A stretch of DNA of 64,000 bases from Paecilomyces variotii (Eukaryota): the NCBI GenBank assembly GCA_004022145.1, contig RCNU01000011.1, one strand, 5' to 3'. The notes below the pieces were generated by a model. It had not been told where the DNA came from. It worked only from the letters and a program-made list of their open reading frames with translations, and ran no database searches. Of the stretch, positions 39,461 to 52,320 are shown one piece after another; within the stretch, counting starts at the first letter, position 1, and each line of letters starts with the position of its first letter. A program made the translations under genes and the position numbers.

Positions 39461-40748
39461 GGTCTCCGCGATACCGATAGACTACAAACAAAACACAGGA
39501 ACCAGGGATATCGCAGCCACCGGTGATATTCTCCGTGGTGGTCCCACGGGGAAAGGTAAGCGCGGGCGTGGATGGGGGCCTGGGAAACAAAGCGCTCGCG
39601 CGCACGTCAGCTTTTCCAATCGAGTATGAATTCATTCACTTTCGAGTAAGATTACTGTGTTCATTCGCTCCCATCCCTGGAGGACGGCCATCTCCAGGGG
39701 AGCAGGCGAAACGGTTCGCGCATACACCGGGAAATCCGGGGATAACTCCATCCCAGCAAACAGCAATGCGATTCCATCAAACAACTCACTTTATTTTGCA
39801 CTCTAAAAGTATATCTACTTATCGGCCGTGGAGCTCGAGCTTCTCGCTTCTCGCGAGTCCCGCTGTGGTCGGCGACACGGTGAATCGGGCGCCGTGGCCC
39901 CGATGATCAGATCTGTTTATTATGATTATGATCTATTATCAGAACAGCAAAAACAAGAAGCGTCAGAGAAGATCATCTCAGTGAGGTCAAAGCCCCCCTC
40001 TGCACGGGTTGGTGAGCTGAAGCGAACCGATGCAGAAGATCGATGCTGGCCGAGAAGGAGTGGAAGAGAGAATGAACGAACTCGCTGGGAGGAAAAAGAA
40101 GTTGAAGTGGTTCAACTTAGCTTCCTCCGTTTACGGCCGGTTGCTCGGCTGTACTGAATGATTCATTTGCTTGCCTTCTTTCTGTCCACATTCTCCTCAC
40201 GCCAGAGCAGGTGAATCTTTGCGATAAAGAACTTATTAATTGGTTTTATATTCCTCACTAATGGGACTTGTTGCGGATTCCCAGCGCATTTACGAGTGTT
40301 TCCCCTCGTTGTTTCGATGGTGCGGGGAACACTTATTCGACCGATTACATCCGCTGTATTATTTATGCTACAGTCACAAATACACCAAATAAACAATATG
40401 GGATCATATTGTCGATAACGACCCAGCCAGCCATCGTACACAGATCCAACTCCTAGCTAACAATACCCAATCATTCCTTCCAGGGATAGTAACACGGTGA
40501 AAATAACCAAAACGACCGACTTGACGATAACGCTAGAGACAGGGTTCGTGGCTGAAGCAAGAAAAGGATACAAACGCCAGTGGATGCGCGAGGGGCAGTA
40601 ACAAGGAACAACCAAACTGTCGGGGGCATGTGCCGCGGTGAAGTAACCTCCTATAACCAGAACGACTCCCAAAAGGAACGCATGAGACATATCTACTAGG
40701 ATATCGGGATAACAATAAAATCAAGAGCCGCTTCCACTGGGGATCCGC

Positions 40749-42451
40749 TCAGCCAGCTTTGTGGACAGGACACTCTTTCTTCCGTCCAAACCACTCGACA
40801 ATGCAGCTCTTATGGAATTTGCATAGGCACTCCAGACGCGCCAGTTGCTGCCCGACCTCGTACTCCTCCATGCAGATGGTGCATTCCTGCGGCATACCAT
40901 CATGGCCGACACAGTCTTTCTCCGTGGCGGTGAACGCGAGCATTCGCATCGGGTGTGGCGGCTGCGACGACGGACTGCCACTATGTGGTGATGAGCGCCC
41001 ATGGCCCTCGATGCATGCGCGGATATGAGCCTCCCGGGCTTCCTCGCTGGCATCCGGGCCCCGTGGAGGGAGAATGTGGTTGCAGATAGGACAGATATCG
41101 CGCTCGTCAACGCGAGGGCGATGCGGGCGAGAGGACTGTCTAGGGCGCAGACCCGTCGAAGACGAACTGGCAATGTCATCCCGGGACGAGTCCCGATGGT
41201 GCATGGGCGATGGTCGTGAACCAAATGATCCCAGGAATTGGGATGCCTATTGACTAATTAATTTTTTTGCTCCACGGCAAGACCATCGCCGAGTACTTAC
41301 CTGTCCCGTGAAAGTACGGGGAGAAGCGTAGGCCGGTGGTGAAGAATCGTGGTTATCAGAATAGGACGAAGCACGATAGCCCAGACCCCCGTATGACGCC
41401 AGGCCAGACGTGCCAGACTCTTCAGACTGAGACTATCAACTAGTTAGCAATCATTATACCAAAAGTTCTAGGCGCATGATAATAAACATACCAACATGCC
41501 ATATCTACGCCTTCGTGCATCCCGATCTGCGGCAGCGGACATGGAATGATGGGGTCTATGCAATGGCTGACTCGCTGTTGACCCCGATCGAACAGCACCA
41601 TATCCTGGCGGGGGATCAGGGTTCGGGTCAGGAACACATGGATTGCAGAGACGAACTTCGTCGCCACCACCCAGGGCAGGATTAAACGCCAGTTGATCCT
41701 CCCCGGACGGCGTTGATTGCTGAGCACCGTCACCGGTCAAATCCGCCACCTGCGAAAAAGCCGCACTGGGAGGAATGAACATCGACGCCGGTCGTCTATT
41801 AGGATCTGGCGGCCGCACAATAAACTGACGAGGGATCGTAATCCGATGCGGGGAGCATGCCGCACAGACGACCCGTCCGCACTTGCGGCAGTGATGTTTT
41901 CTATACCAGAAGCTGAAATGCGTCCCGCAGATGGGGCAATTGTCCACTTCATCATCCGGCTGCCACCGCGGTAGAATGTAGTCCATATAGTCATTCTCCC
42001 GCCTAGTCCGCGGCCACGCTCCGTTCGTCTGTCGAGACGAGGCATCTGGAGACGACAAGATATCAATAGCCGTAGCGCGGGACGAGCCTGGCGCAGCATC
42101 CTCCTCGCCCGTCTGAGGCGGCGGTGGGGGCAAAGGTCGATGTTGCAAATCGACCCGACTGCTGGAGCCAGGATCAGAGCCGCTGACGGTCAATGAGCGT
42201 CTCCGGGAAGCATCATCCAGACCGCCAGTCAGCCTTCTCTTGCGCTCCATTGCTATCGAGGTTGCCCGTCTCCGATCCAGCTGTCTCCTGTACTGCTCGT
42301 CGTTCTCGCCATGCGAGGACCGTATAGAGCCCATTCCACCACCATTTCCCGGTATCCGACTCGAACCGGACCCCGAACCAGCAGGACCGGAAGGCAAAGA
42401 ATTCACAGACGCGGAGAACGCATCGGAAAAGGAGCTCGACTGGGACGACAT
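40749..42451 (-). CDS. FYVE + RING finger protein (Pib1-like E3 ligase), at least 3 exons
   Basis: WQPD...CPICG..FSFWYRKHHCRKCGRVVCAAC...VRLCNPC (FYVE) and C-terminal ECTICMEEY..GQQLARLECLCKFHKSCIVEWF..KECPVH (RING). Start codon uncertain; first in-frame ATG is 42451. Confidence 0.9.
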
Positions 42452-44365
42452 GAACCTTCGTAGGGAGGGAGGGGCCGTCGCGGACGAGGAGAGCGGCGGG
42501 CGGGTGCGGGTTGAGGATGAGGATGAGGACGACAACGAGGACGACAACTGCGTTGATCTCACAGAAGAAGAAGAGGAAGAAGAGACCAGTCTCCGCCGCT
42601 TTGACGACGGGCCGTCATGGACAGCACTGCGCAAGGATGCCAGGGTTGATGCGGCACAGACGATAGCTAATAACTAAACGGGGTCTATCGTGAGAGAGAG
42701 ATCCGATGGGAAAAGGACCGGAATGAGCGTCCGACGATGTTTCTCTTTTTTCGATGATTCCTCAGAACAGGTCAGACGAGTAAAAGTGTCTCTCTCTCTC
42801 TCTCACAGTTCGCCTCCTCCTGTTCTCGAGAGGAAGAAACCAAAACCAACGTGCAACAAATCCCAGATCGAAAGATGGCGTGAGGGTCGATCCCTTATCT
42901 GCGACGATCGGAGCAATGATCGATGGAACGAGCCACGGAGAGAGACGGGTTTCAGACGAAGAACAAGTCCTCCGCCAGGGCCAAAGCAGAGTAAGCTATA
43001 ATTACTCCGTAGTCAGTAGTTAGGAGGTTAAGTCGGTTAGTTTTCGTAGTTCGTACACGTCGACAGGGCCTGTGCTTGACTTGACTTTCAATCGAAGCAG
43101 CGGAAGCTGAAACGAAGCACGAGAGAACGACGTCGTCAATCTCCACCTTCGAGTTCCCCCTCGTCGATGCGGTTCCCCCTTCAGATGAAAAGAAAAAAAG
43201 AAATATAACAAGAAAGAAACCAAAAGGAAATTTCGTAGTGACGTTCTTCCTCTCCCCGAAGTTAGTCAGAAGGGGAGAGAGAGAGAGAGCAATTGTTATC
43301 AATAATGTCTTGAATTATTCGCCGGCGGGGAACGAACAGTCCAGCGGGAAGACCCAATCCTAATCAGCAACCAGATAAACTAATAGCTTCGCACCCAATT
43401 CTCATTCTCCTTGCCACCCTGGTAGAATCGTGCAGAAAATATTTACTAAATGAGAAAAATCTGATTTGAAATCCCGATCTAAAATAACAGATCAAATCCA
43501 ACGAGAATGCCTGACAGAGTCACCGACCGTCGATCTTTCTCACGAGACCACTCGCCACAGCTACGAAGACTCCATAACCAGCTCAAGCTATACTGATACC
43601 CGTGGGAAGGCAGCTGAACCAACATATATCGAACTATGTCAGTAATGAGCTTCTACTGACATCGAGGAATTAACTATGGGCGATGACTTCGTCAGCAGTG
43701 CCATACAATAAAAACCACCGGGGTCGGCTGCTATGGTCACAGGCTCAGGTATGGAGTTAAGCTAGTATTAATAAAATAGAGTATATTCATGATCAAAAAC
43801 GCAAATTGCCGATTCACGCATTATTATCGCAACGCTCTGTATAGTCGATATGCATGCGCATCCTAACTGATCTTCCGGCTCGATCACAGCCCAACTTCCC
43901 TATCTATTCATACACGAATCGAAGCTCAGATCACACACGTATTGCAGGTCAAGCGCCCCAGGCTCAAAAGAAAGATAAACAAAAATACTTTCCCCCGCCG
44001 GCATGCCATGTGCAGGCCAGATCAAAACATTAAAAAAAGGCGTAAATAAAAATAGAAAAGGAGATTCGTCAAAGATGCAACGGAATCAAGAAAAGAAAAC
44101 CTTCATGAAGCGCTCACTTGTTACCACGAATCCCCAGTCACAAAATACCGACAACATGTACAGACGGTAGACGCCAAACAAAACAAAAGGCTTTTGTTTT
44201 CAGGAAAAGGAAATTCGTAAAACGGCATAGATGTGCGGCCAGAGACGGCGCGCATGCAGACTTTATGCGACAAGGCGGAAGAATAAAGCAAAATACCTGA
44301 AAATATCCCGTATTCGAAAAAGAAATCGCTTCTTGCCCAAGCCTGGTCCTGAAGAATGGAGGACA

Positions 44366-47300
44366 TCAGTCATCGTCCTCCACAGACTGTTGAGACGTCG
44401 ACCGTACGAGCTCCGCCGCGCTGCCCCGGAACGAAGTCTCCTCAGGGCTGGCTTCGTGGATGTGATCGCGGGTCCGATATTGAGCAACATGACCCATACT
44501 CGAAGGTCGATCGTGCCGAGTGTCCGAGGCGAAGTTCCCAAGCACGGAAGCGTGTCGAGGCTGACCGTGCTCGTCCAGAACGGTATTGGGAGCGCTGGAC
44601 GCTGTCGACGCGACAGTTGACGACATAGAAGCGGTTCGATCCCCGTTGCTGGGCTCTCGCGTGCTGAAGGGTAACCGGCCAGTTTGCGAATCTGGAGACT
44701 GCACAGGGGTCGATCGAGATCCAGGCGGGTCGTATGGCCGTGGAGTCGCATCTTCTTCTCCAGCCGGTGACAACAGCTCTGATGTCCTCGCAGAGTCCTC
44801 GAACTCCGTCTTGATGTATGATAGTCGCTTGGAGCTCTTCCTCGGCACGGGAGGCTGGTCGGGATCATCAGAGCGCGCCTGTGGCTCCCGTTGAGATCCT
44901 GTGCGATCCGGAAGTTCTACCTCACCACCAGAATCAATCCGGGGCAAGCTCGGGGGCTGCAGCGCACTGGGCCGAGTGTTGTCGTCGCCATCCGAGTCAC
45001 GGTAGGATGTATCGGTTTCGGATAGCTGTCGCGAATGTGTACGCGATAACCCGCCAGCTCTCCGGTCGTCGGAATCGCGGGCTCCAGGATCATCCCGGTA
45101 AGGCTCATGGAATTCTTCGCCTTCAGGCGGCGGGAAAAGCCCAGGGGGCGGAGCACGCGCACTCCGTACGACCTCGAAGCCTTTGTTTTTCTCCTTGGTC
45201 TTCCCTCCGAAGATACTGCGGAACCAACCAGTTGCCGACGACACAGGACCCGTGGGATCAGCAGGGCCCGTTTTCAGTTTACGAGTGCCTGTGTGAGACA
45301 GCGCGGGTCCCCGGACACGGTAATAGAAATCAACTTCACGGACTGCATAATCCTTCCTGACTGGCCGACCGTCGTCAAAATCTGGGTCGTCCCTCGAAGC
45401 GCCCAGGTAGGCAGCGGCCGGAGTGGCTCCAGATGGGCCATCCAGTATCTCATCTTCTGCGTCGCTGTTGCTCGACTGTTTCTGGCCAGGCTCGTCAGAT
45501 CGTTGTGATTGACCACCCTCCAGAGTCTTGCGTCGTGGCCGCGGTGGACGGTAGTACGGGTCATGTATCTCCATCCCGATGATCGGACCAACTTTGGGCG
45601 ACGTATTGCCCATGGCCTGATAACCGGCTCCGTTGATAATCCCACTGCCTCCGAGACTCGTTGGGGTATAAGGTCCACTACTGTTGGCTCGGCTATGGCC
45701 GCGGCCCTGTATGCTGCCCAGGTCCAAGTCTCCGCGGTTGAGGAGTAAAGCGGAACTCCCTGAAAAGCTCCGCGTTCGCGACCCGTCGAATTGAGCAGAT
45801 CTTCTATCATCCACGCCACCCAGTATGGCAGCTTCGGAGTTCATGCTTTGACGAGTGACGGCGCGCGGTGAGCGACGGGACAATTGACGCATACCGAAGA
45901 CCTAGAGGACAAAGCATTAGCTTAGGCATATCATGCATATGGTGACCATAAGGGGATCAACAAACCTTAGTGAGACCACCTCTGGTTGCAACGCCTTCGT
46001 AACCGCCAGCGCCAGCCAGACGCACCGCGACCTCAACCAGGGTCTGCAACGCGTTGAGAAAGAACCCAAAGACGAGCACAGCAGCGTGGATAAACAAGAT
46101 AATGTATCCGATCCAGCCTCGAGAACCCTCCGTGACGCCCAGCGAAGGAACAAACGTGACGCTAAGCAGGAGGACGACAAACCGGATGGCAGAGAAACAG
46201 GTGTGGTAGAGATTCATGGAAGTCGCATAAGGGAATGGGCGGAATGCAACGAGGGTCAGGACAAAAATGACTTCGCAGATTGCTAGAAGCACAAGCTGCG
46301 CTATACCCGAAGGTTGCAATGCACCGATTGCAACTCCCCGCAGGAAAGTAAGGAATACGGGGATCAATGCAAACGGCGCCGCATCATCGGAAAAGGTGTT
46401 GTATAACGGGCCATAGAGGAGCACAGTCGAAAGATCGTCGAAAAGATAAGACCTGGGTCGAGTGCTGACGATCAACCGTATCAGCCACACGGCAAACCCG
46501 ACCAACACCACGATAAAAATGACTGCCAAGGTGACCGCAACAACAGGCGAGTGGTTTGCAACGACCAACTGGAACATTGACAGGGATACCAGTGGAAGCA
46601 GTAGGTAATTGAACATAACCCGAATGACATTACCCACGGTGAAAGGCATATTTTTTGCACGAAGATCTTCCTCGGGTACGTTTGCAATCTGACGGTGGAG
46701 CCAGCGTAAGGCAAAGGCAACCTGGATTAGAGCGGTGACTCCTCCCAGAATGAGCAGAAGGTAGATGGCCATCCCTGGCCAAATGTCGTCCGCCTCAGCC
46801 ATGCCAACGTGCTGGCCCAGCCGTGCCATACCATAAGTCGCGTTGACGGTATAGACGCCATCCTGGACTGGGTTGATTTCGTTATGACTAACAAAACTCT
46901 GGTTAAACATCAGGGTAGACCAGCTTGCTCGGCTGACCACAGGCTGGTAGAAACCCGGATAGTCGAGGTTTAACCCTCCAGTTAAGACGACAAATTGGAT
47001 ATATTGCAGACAGTCCGCAAACCCAGGCGTAACTAGACGCAGGAGATCTTGATCGCGTCCATAATTGGTTGTCCACCGAAACGGGTCCGTCGAACCCCAC
47101 GGGCTGTACATTGCTGCCACTACTGTGGCAATGCCGACGGCCACCAAGATTATGAGAGGGACGTATCTGAAAGTATCACCCAGAGTCGCGCCAATGTCCG
47201 GGGTGATATTCATGGATATGCATGCAAGGTCGGCGTTGGAAGCGTCTCCAGATCTCACCCGCAGTGTCGGGACTATGGTCGCGAAGCGATACGACGTCAG

Positions 47301-48013
47301 CATATCATGCTGAATGGAGAAGGCTCGCAACTCGGATAAATCGCTCCTGTTGATCGTCAGCGGCGGAAATCATCGGGAATAGACGCTACATACGCATTGG
47401 CATAAAAGACCGGTCCCAAGGGGCACTGCCCCTGGGTGACAGAAGTACAGAACCGTGACGCATTATCATACGGGGTGAAGCTCAGGACATTGAGTTTCGT
47501 GAACAGTGTTGTGTATTTGTTATTGGACTTGCTCAGATCAATGATCTTGCCCAGCGTGTCGTTGGGATTCGACCACTGCGGATCATCGGGGGCAGGATAT
47601 GCCTCGTCAGTTGCAAGACCAGACACGTTGCCGTAGACCGTAACATTAAGAGTATGTAAAGTATCGCTGGGGTCGTATACAACACTGGCGTTCAGCGGAA
47701 CGAACTGAAGTTGGAGAGGATTAGAATCGATAATAACCTTCTCGAGACAGTTCTCGAAGTTCACGAAGGCACCCGCAACTGGAGAGACCAGTGATATGAG
47801 AAACAGAAGTAGAATAATTCCTAATGAACCACTGTGGTAACGTGCCGTTCGCCGTCGCGGAAAAGCATTATCGTCGGGGTGGAACCGAGAGCATTCTGCG
47901 GTTATGCTGCTCCGTCGATATGGAACTTCTTGCGGCTGAGAGATGGACCACAACTGCCCCCAGCGTGAAGTATCCTCCCATTTCACATCATGTCCCACAT
48001 CCATGTTGAGCAT
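44366..48013 (-). CDS. TRP-like/FLC-family integral membrane protein with N-terminal ML-like (TRP_N) domain, 3 exons
   Basis: Hydrophobic leader then AFVNFENCL; CPLGPVF; RLVTPGFADCLQYIQFVVLTGGLNLDYPGFYQP; multiple TM helices; YGPLYNT; long Ser/Arg-rich tail with DYAVREVDFYY. Introns about 47393-47347 and 45965-45902. Confidence 0.88.
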
Positions 48014-49399
48014 CACTGCGACAGGGACGACCTCCTGGGGCAGTCAGCCCCTCCAGCTCCTTTGCTCCACGATGTGCAGAGCTTTCCGTATGTTCCTATC
48101 TCTGTTGTTTTGCCCTTCCTGCCAGTCCTTATAACCCTCCAACTCGACTTAAGGCACTCTCGGGAGCAAGGGAATAAAGCGTAGCCGTTGGCGATGGGAT
48201 TTTCCTTCGTAAGGCTTTGGGTATCGGACGTAACAAATGGCTGATCACCTCCGCATTGTTTGGCCCCAATTGGCCCAGCTCCGTCCGTCACAGGCCACCA
48301 AACATCACCGTCCGTCGCTGGCGGCAGAGAGTTAGATTCTGAAGATGGCGATCAAGAGCAAACGAGCAGAACAGAGATGTGAGCTCTGATGGAGGTGACG
48401 TTGTCTAAAGAGAAAACCCCCGACGGTGAAAAAGGCGGAATGCGCGTCTAAGCCTCAGCTTTCAGCGTATCGGGCCGGGCGGTGGGCCAACCGCACGAGA
48501 CTCTAATCTTGGAAACCCCCAAAGCCCACTTGGATTTCTTCGCTTCGGCCTCAAATGGTTTAACGAGGGGATCCTGAACGCCCGTCCCTGCTTGATTGAT
48601 TGATCGACAGTCCTCACTCCTAAAACACAACGCTCCCCTCCTAATCCTCGAGTTTCGAAGCCGTTCGACCCCACGGCCTATGACGAGACAATAATAAGGG
48701 AGTTAGTTATCGAAAGCGGATCCGACAACACAGAGATTATCACCAAGTTGCTAACTACTTGTGCCATTGTGGGCTACGTACGGAGTAGTTAGTTCTCGTG
48801 CTAAAAAAGAAAAGAAAAAAAGTATTGACTGTCCCAACTAGGCCAACTCTGCCCGAACCGAAGCCTCTAAACGGCATCTACAACACCATCTAGAGTATGG
48901 ACTTCCAAATTTGGACACAACACAAAGCGACTCCTTACATTCCTGCTCCACAGGAGGCTTCCAGGCACTACGGTGGACTACACCGGTCTAGCAATGACAG
49001 AAGCAGACCGACCGACACTCTGCTCCCCATCCCCCGCCTGACTGGTGGAAACGTGCTTGTCATTTGTCTAATCTCTCCTGGTGTCTCACTCGTGTCAGGA
49101 AAGTCGCGATGCTCCGGTTGATTCGTGGCTGGACGACGAGTCTTGCAAGAATCCATTCCACACGACACGGGATCTCGCATGAATGTCTCTTCGGGGATAC
49201 TCCGTAGAGGACAGCCTTGTACGTGCTCTTATCGTATTCTGCGTGGTAAGTATCGACCAGGTTTCCGAAATATACTCAATAATAATAACTACTCCGGATT
49301 TGTTTATCTGTCTCAGCTTCATCCAACTGGTGTCTGCTGACAGGCGGCCTAACCAGTAAAGGATTCGGGCTGGTCTTAGCGTCCTAAACCACAGCCTTT

Positions 49400-50290
49400 T
49401 AGTATAAGCCACACAGCCCCGTGAATAGTTAGCTTAGATAGTCTAGATGATAAAAATATATCACGGGCTTTGCTGATTAGGGGAGCAATACTTAGTGGGA
49501 AAGCTCAAAATACTCTACAAGCAGTTAATTACCCCTTAACGGCTATCATTAATAATTCTCATCTTGGCTAATATTAGAATATTTGCGCTCCTAACTATCA
49601 TTATAGTATAACTATTTTCCCAGATTAGAAAACTTGAATATTTTATCTAATGCAGTAACCACGACAACCCCCCCTGGACGATCACTATGGCCTCGATCCA
49701 TGGTTCAGCATAACCTAACCTTTCCCCCCCGTACTTCTTAGTCCCAATATAGATAAAGATAAAAATCAACAACCAAGATAAAATTTCCTCGGGTATCTCC
49801 GTGATACGTCATGTTTCACTATTGAACCGCACACTTAAGAAAAAAAAAAAAAAAAAAAGTACGAGGGCACTACTAATAAAAATGAGAAAAGTTCCTCAGA
49901 AAACGAGGGACGCCTTATAAATCAATAACGGTATTAACTAACCAGTTAGTTAAGAGAAGGTAAGCTGAGCTGAGCTAAGAGGTAATACGGCGTAGTAAGC
50001 GATAAGATCTAACTACTGTATATATTTATCCAATAATAATAAATAGTCCTAAGTTAAAGTTTATAGCAATATTCGTCTCATATCAGTAAGTAATATAATG
50101 TAACGTCGCACCACGGGGGCATATATATACTACTGAACAGTATATAGAGACATAGAGAACTAGTTCTGTGAAGAGCGCAAACGGCGTAGATAACTCTACT
50201 TATTTAGCAAGAGAATTAACATGCTCGAATAGTTACTTACATATGTAACTAGAATATCCGAGGCCCCGTGAAATCGACGCCGAAAACGAC
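49400..50290. other. AT-rich, TpA-rich non-coding tract with an A19 run; possibly a RIP-degraded repeat
   Basis: Visibly AT-rich with many TA/TAA/TAG words, no ORF of 60 aa or more in 49413-50307, poly(A) at 49840-49858. No recognisable transposase or TIR pair. Confidence 0.35.
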
Positions 50291-50307
50291 CACTTTGGAT
50301 GTCTAGC

Positions 50308-51281
50308 CTAATTGTCCGGCGCATCCTCATCATATAGATCATTCCAAAACATTATATCCTCCAGCATTTCCTTACTCAAATTAGCATTCACGAAATGCTC
50401 CAATTGTGGCGTTCTAATCCGACGATGGACTTCTCCAGCGGTCTTCCAGCCGAGAAACCCAGCCATTTCCCAATCAATAAGCCCCACGATTGAACCATTG
50501 TTAACGATACAGTTAGATAGAGTCAAATCGTTATGCATGAAGCTCATATCTGGATTATTATGATTGGTGGCTGAGAAAAGGATCTCCATTTCTAATTGAT
50601 TGATTCGACCGTTGGTAAGTATGTTTGGGTCTGGGACCACGTGAGAGCGAGATTGAAGTTGAAGTGTCTCTGTGGGTTTGATAGTGTGAAGTTGACGGAG
50701 TATTTTCCTGGCTTGTTCTTTGTAGGAGTTTTTCGACTCTTTTGAGAGATAAGGCCATGCAACACAGAGTGCAACACCTGGAAGCCTTTCTTGGACGAGC
50801 ACTTGGCGACCATTGATCTAAGCGGACATGAGTTATTGAGTCGACAAACGAGTAACTTAGTTGGCAAGAGGAAGGAAGTAAGTACCTTGCCGGCAAAATA
50901 GATCTCTGGAACTTTGATATCCTTCAGAACGGTCTTTGCCAGAGCAATTGCTTGAATCTCATTGGCATCGGCGTATGAGAAGTCAATCTCTGTATATTGA
51001 GGACCGTCGTGCGCGTGGAGATGGCTGGACTTGACGATCACGCTACCAAGAGCAAAAACATCGCGGCCTCCTTCATCAGAAGGGTAGATTCGGATCTGTT
51101 CAGTACAGAGTTGAATAACAAAGGTCCAGTATCTCAGGGAGTCTGTAGTCTGGGAGTTGACATGCTGGAAATCAACGCGGAAGTCGTCAGGTTTCGGGTA
51201 GTATCGACCATAAAGGGGTACATCCGCGTATAAGTCGGTTGGAGGGATTTTTTCTGGGTCTGCTTCATATGGGTTCGTCAT
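50308..51281 (-). CDS. Aminoglycoside phosphotransferase (APH)/protein-kinase-like protein, 2 exons
   Basis: GSVIVKS, NEIQAI, IKVPEIYFAGK|intron (GTACT...TTAG)|INGRQVLVQERLPGV, Brenner-type FMHNDLTLSNCIV and GLIDWEMAG motifs. Confidence 0.88.
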
Positions 51282-51409
51282 GGTGGGAGAGGCAAAGTAC
51301 TATTAAACATTGGAGGGTCGCTTCTCCTTATGTTGAGTGCTAGCGAAGCGATAGCTAGGACACTTCCTTTGACGCCCTTCCAATTACCTACCTAGGTCGT
51401 CAATTCCTT

Positions 51410-52320
51410 GCGAATATCACGTGTTGATATGTCTGCATATGTTCCGCTTTGGATATTACTATCTGCTTCTTGGGTTCGTTACATGCGAGCATAGACCTTT
51501 GCCCATCAAGAAAAATGACACCGACTTCTACGTTGTTGATGAACTTGGCGGACACAACGTCGTTATTGCCTGCCTACAGGGTAACCAAGCAAAAGTACCA
51601 CGGCAATTCTCACCAGTTATATGGGGAGAAGTTCTCCGTCAGTCAAGGATCGTCTTCTGGTCAGCATTGGCGGCAGTGTTCCAAACACGAAACATGATAT
51701 TCGCTTGGGTGATGATGTTGTAAGTCTGGCGGATGATAAGCATGATGGAGTTATTTGATATGACTAGAGGAAGGGTACAGAGCGGTTCTCCTACTATCCT
51801 TAGAACTGCCGTTCTGGAAATACAATTAGATCAACTGTCTAAAGGAACCAGAGTCAAGAAATACATCTCAGAAAAGCTTCAGCGACGGTGTTTCTAATCT
51901 ACTAAACGCTGTTGGAGCTGGATTTCCTATTTGACCCCGACTATCATCACTAACACATTCATATAAATACGAAGACTGACTTGAAAACAGTCATGGAAGA
52001 CCTCAGCGATAGAGAAATCACCCGTAATGTACTACAGGTTAATCGCATCGGGAAGAATTCGCGGAAGTGCCACAAGAAGGATTGCCATCTGCCAATATAT
52101 CAGTGGGTATACTCTGCTTCGAATGACGCTGCTGATCTTATGACTGAGTTTCCGTGTATGGTTATCAGAGGGATCTCCTGTGAACTGAAGAGAATCGGAG
52201 ATCTTGAGAGGCGAGAATGTCTTTGCTACTCTCACGGATCATGCTTTCACAATATCAAAGGATCTGAACATAGACGCCTGTCTCTTCTCTCTTCCATTGA
52301 TGCACTCGATGAATGTGACA
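51410..52320 (+). pseudogene. Relic of a fungal NLR: PNP_UDP_1 (Pfs) effector domain plus a NACHT fragment
   Basis: Fragments in shifting frames: EHRPLP..NDTDFY...LGGHNVVIACL; LLVSIGGSVP..KHDIRLGD.VVS....HDGVI*YD; PTILRTAV; AADLMTEFPCMVIRGIS; and IDALDEC (NACHT Walker B). Many stops and large internal deletions. Confidence 0.82.

Noticed and set aside
49660..49860. Possible structured ncRNA, SINE or telomerase-template-like TAACCTAACC before the A19 run
   Set aside because: No tRNA A/B boxes, no true TAACCCTAA template and no target-site duplication seen.
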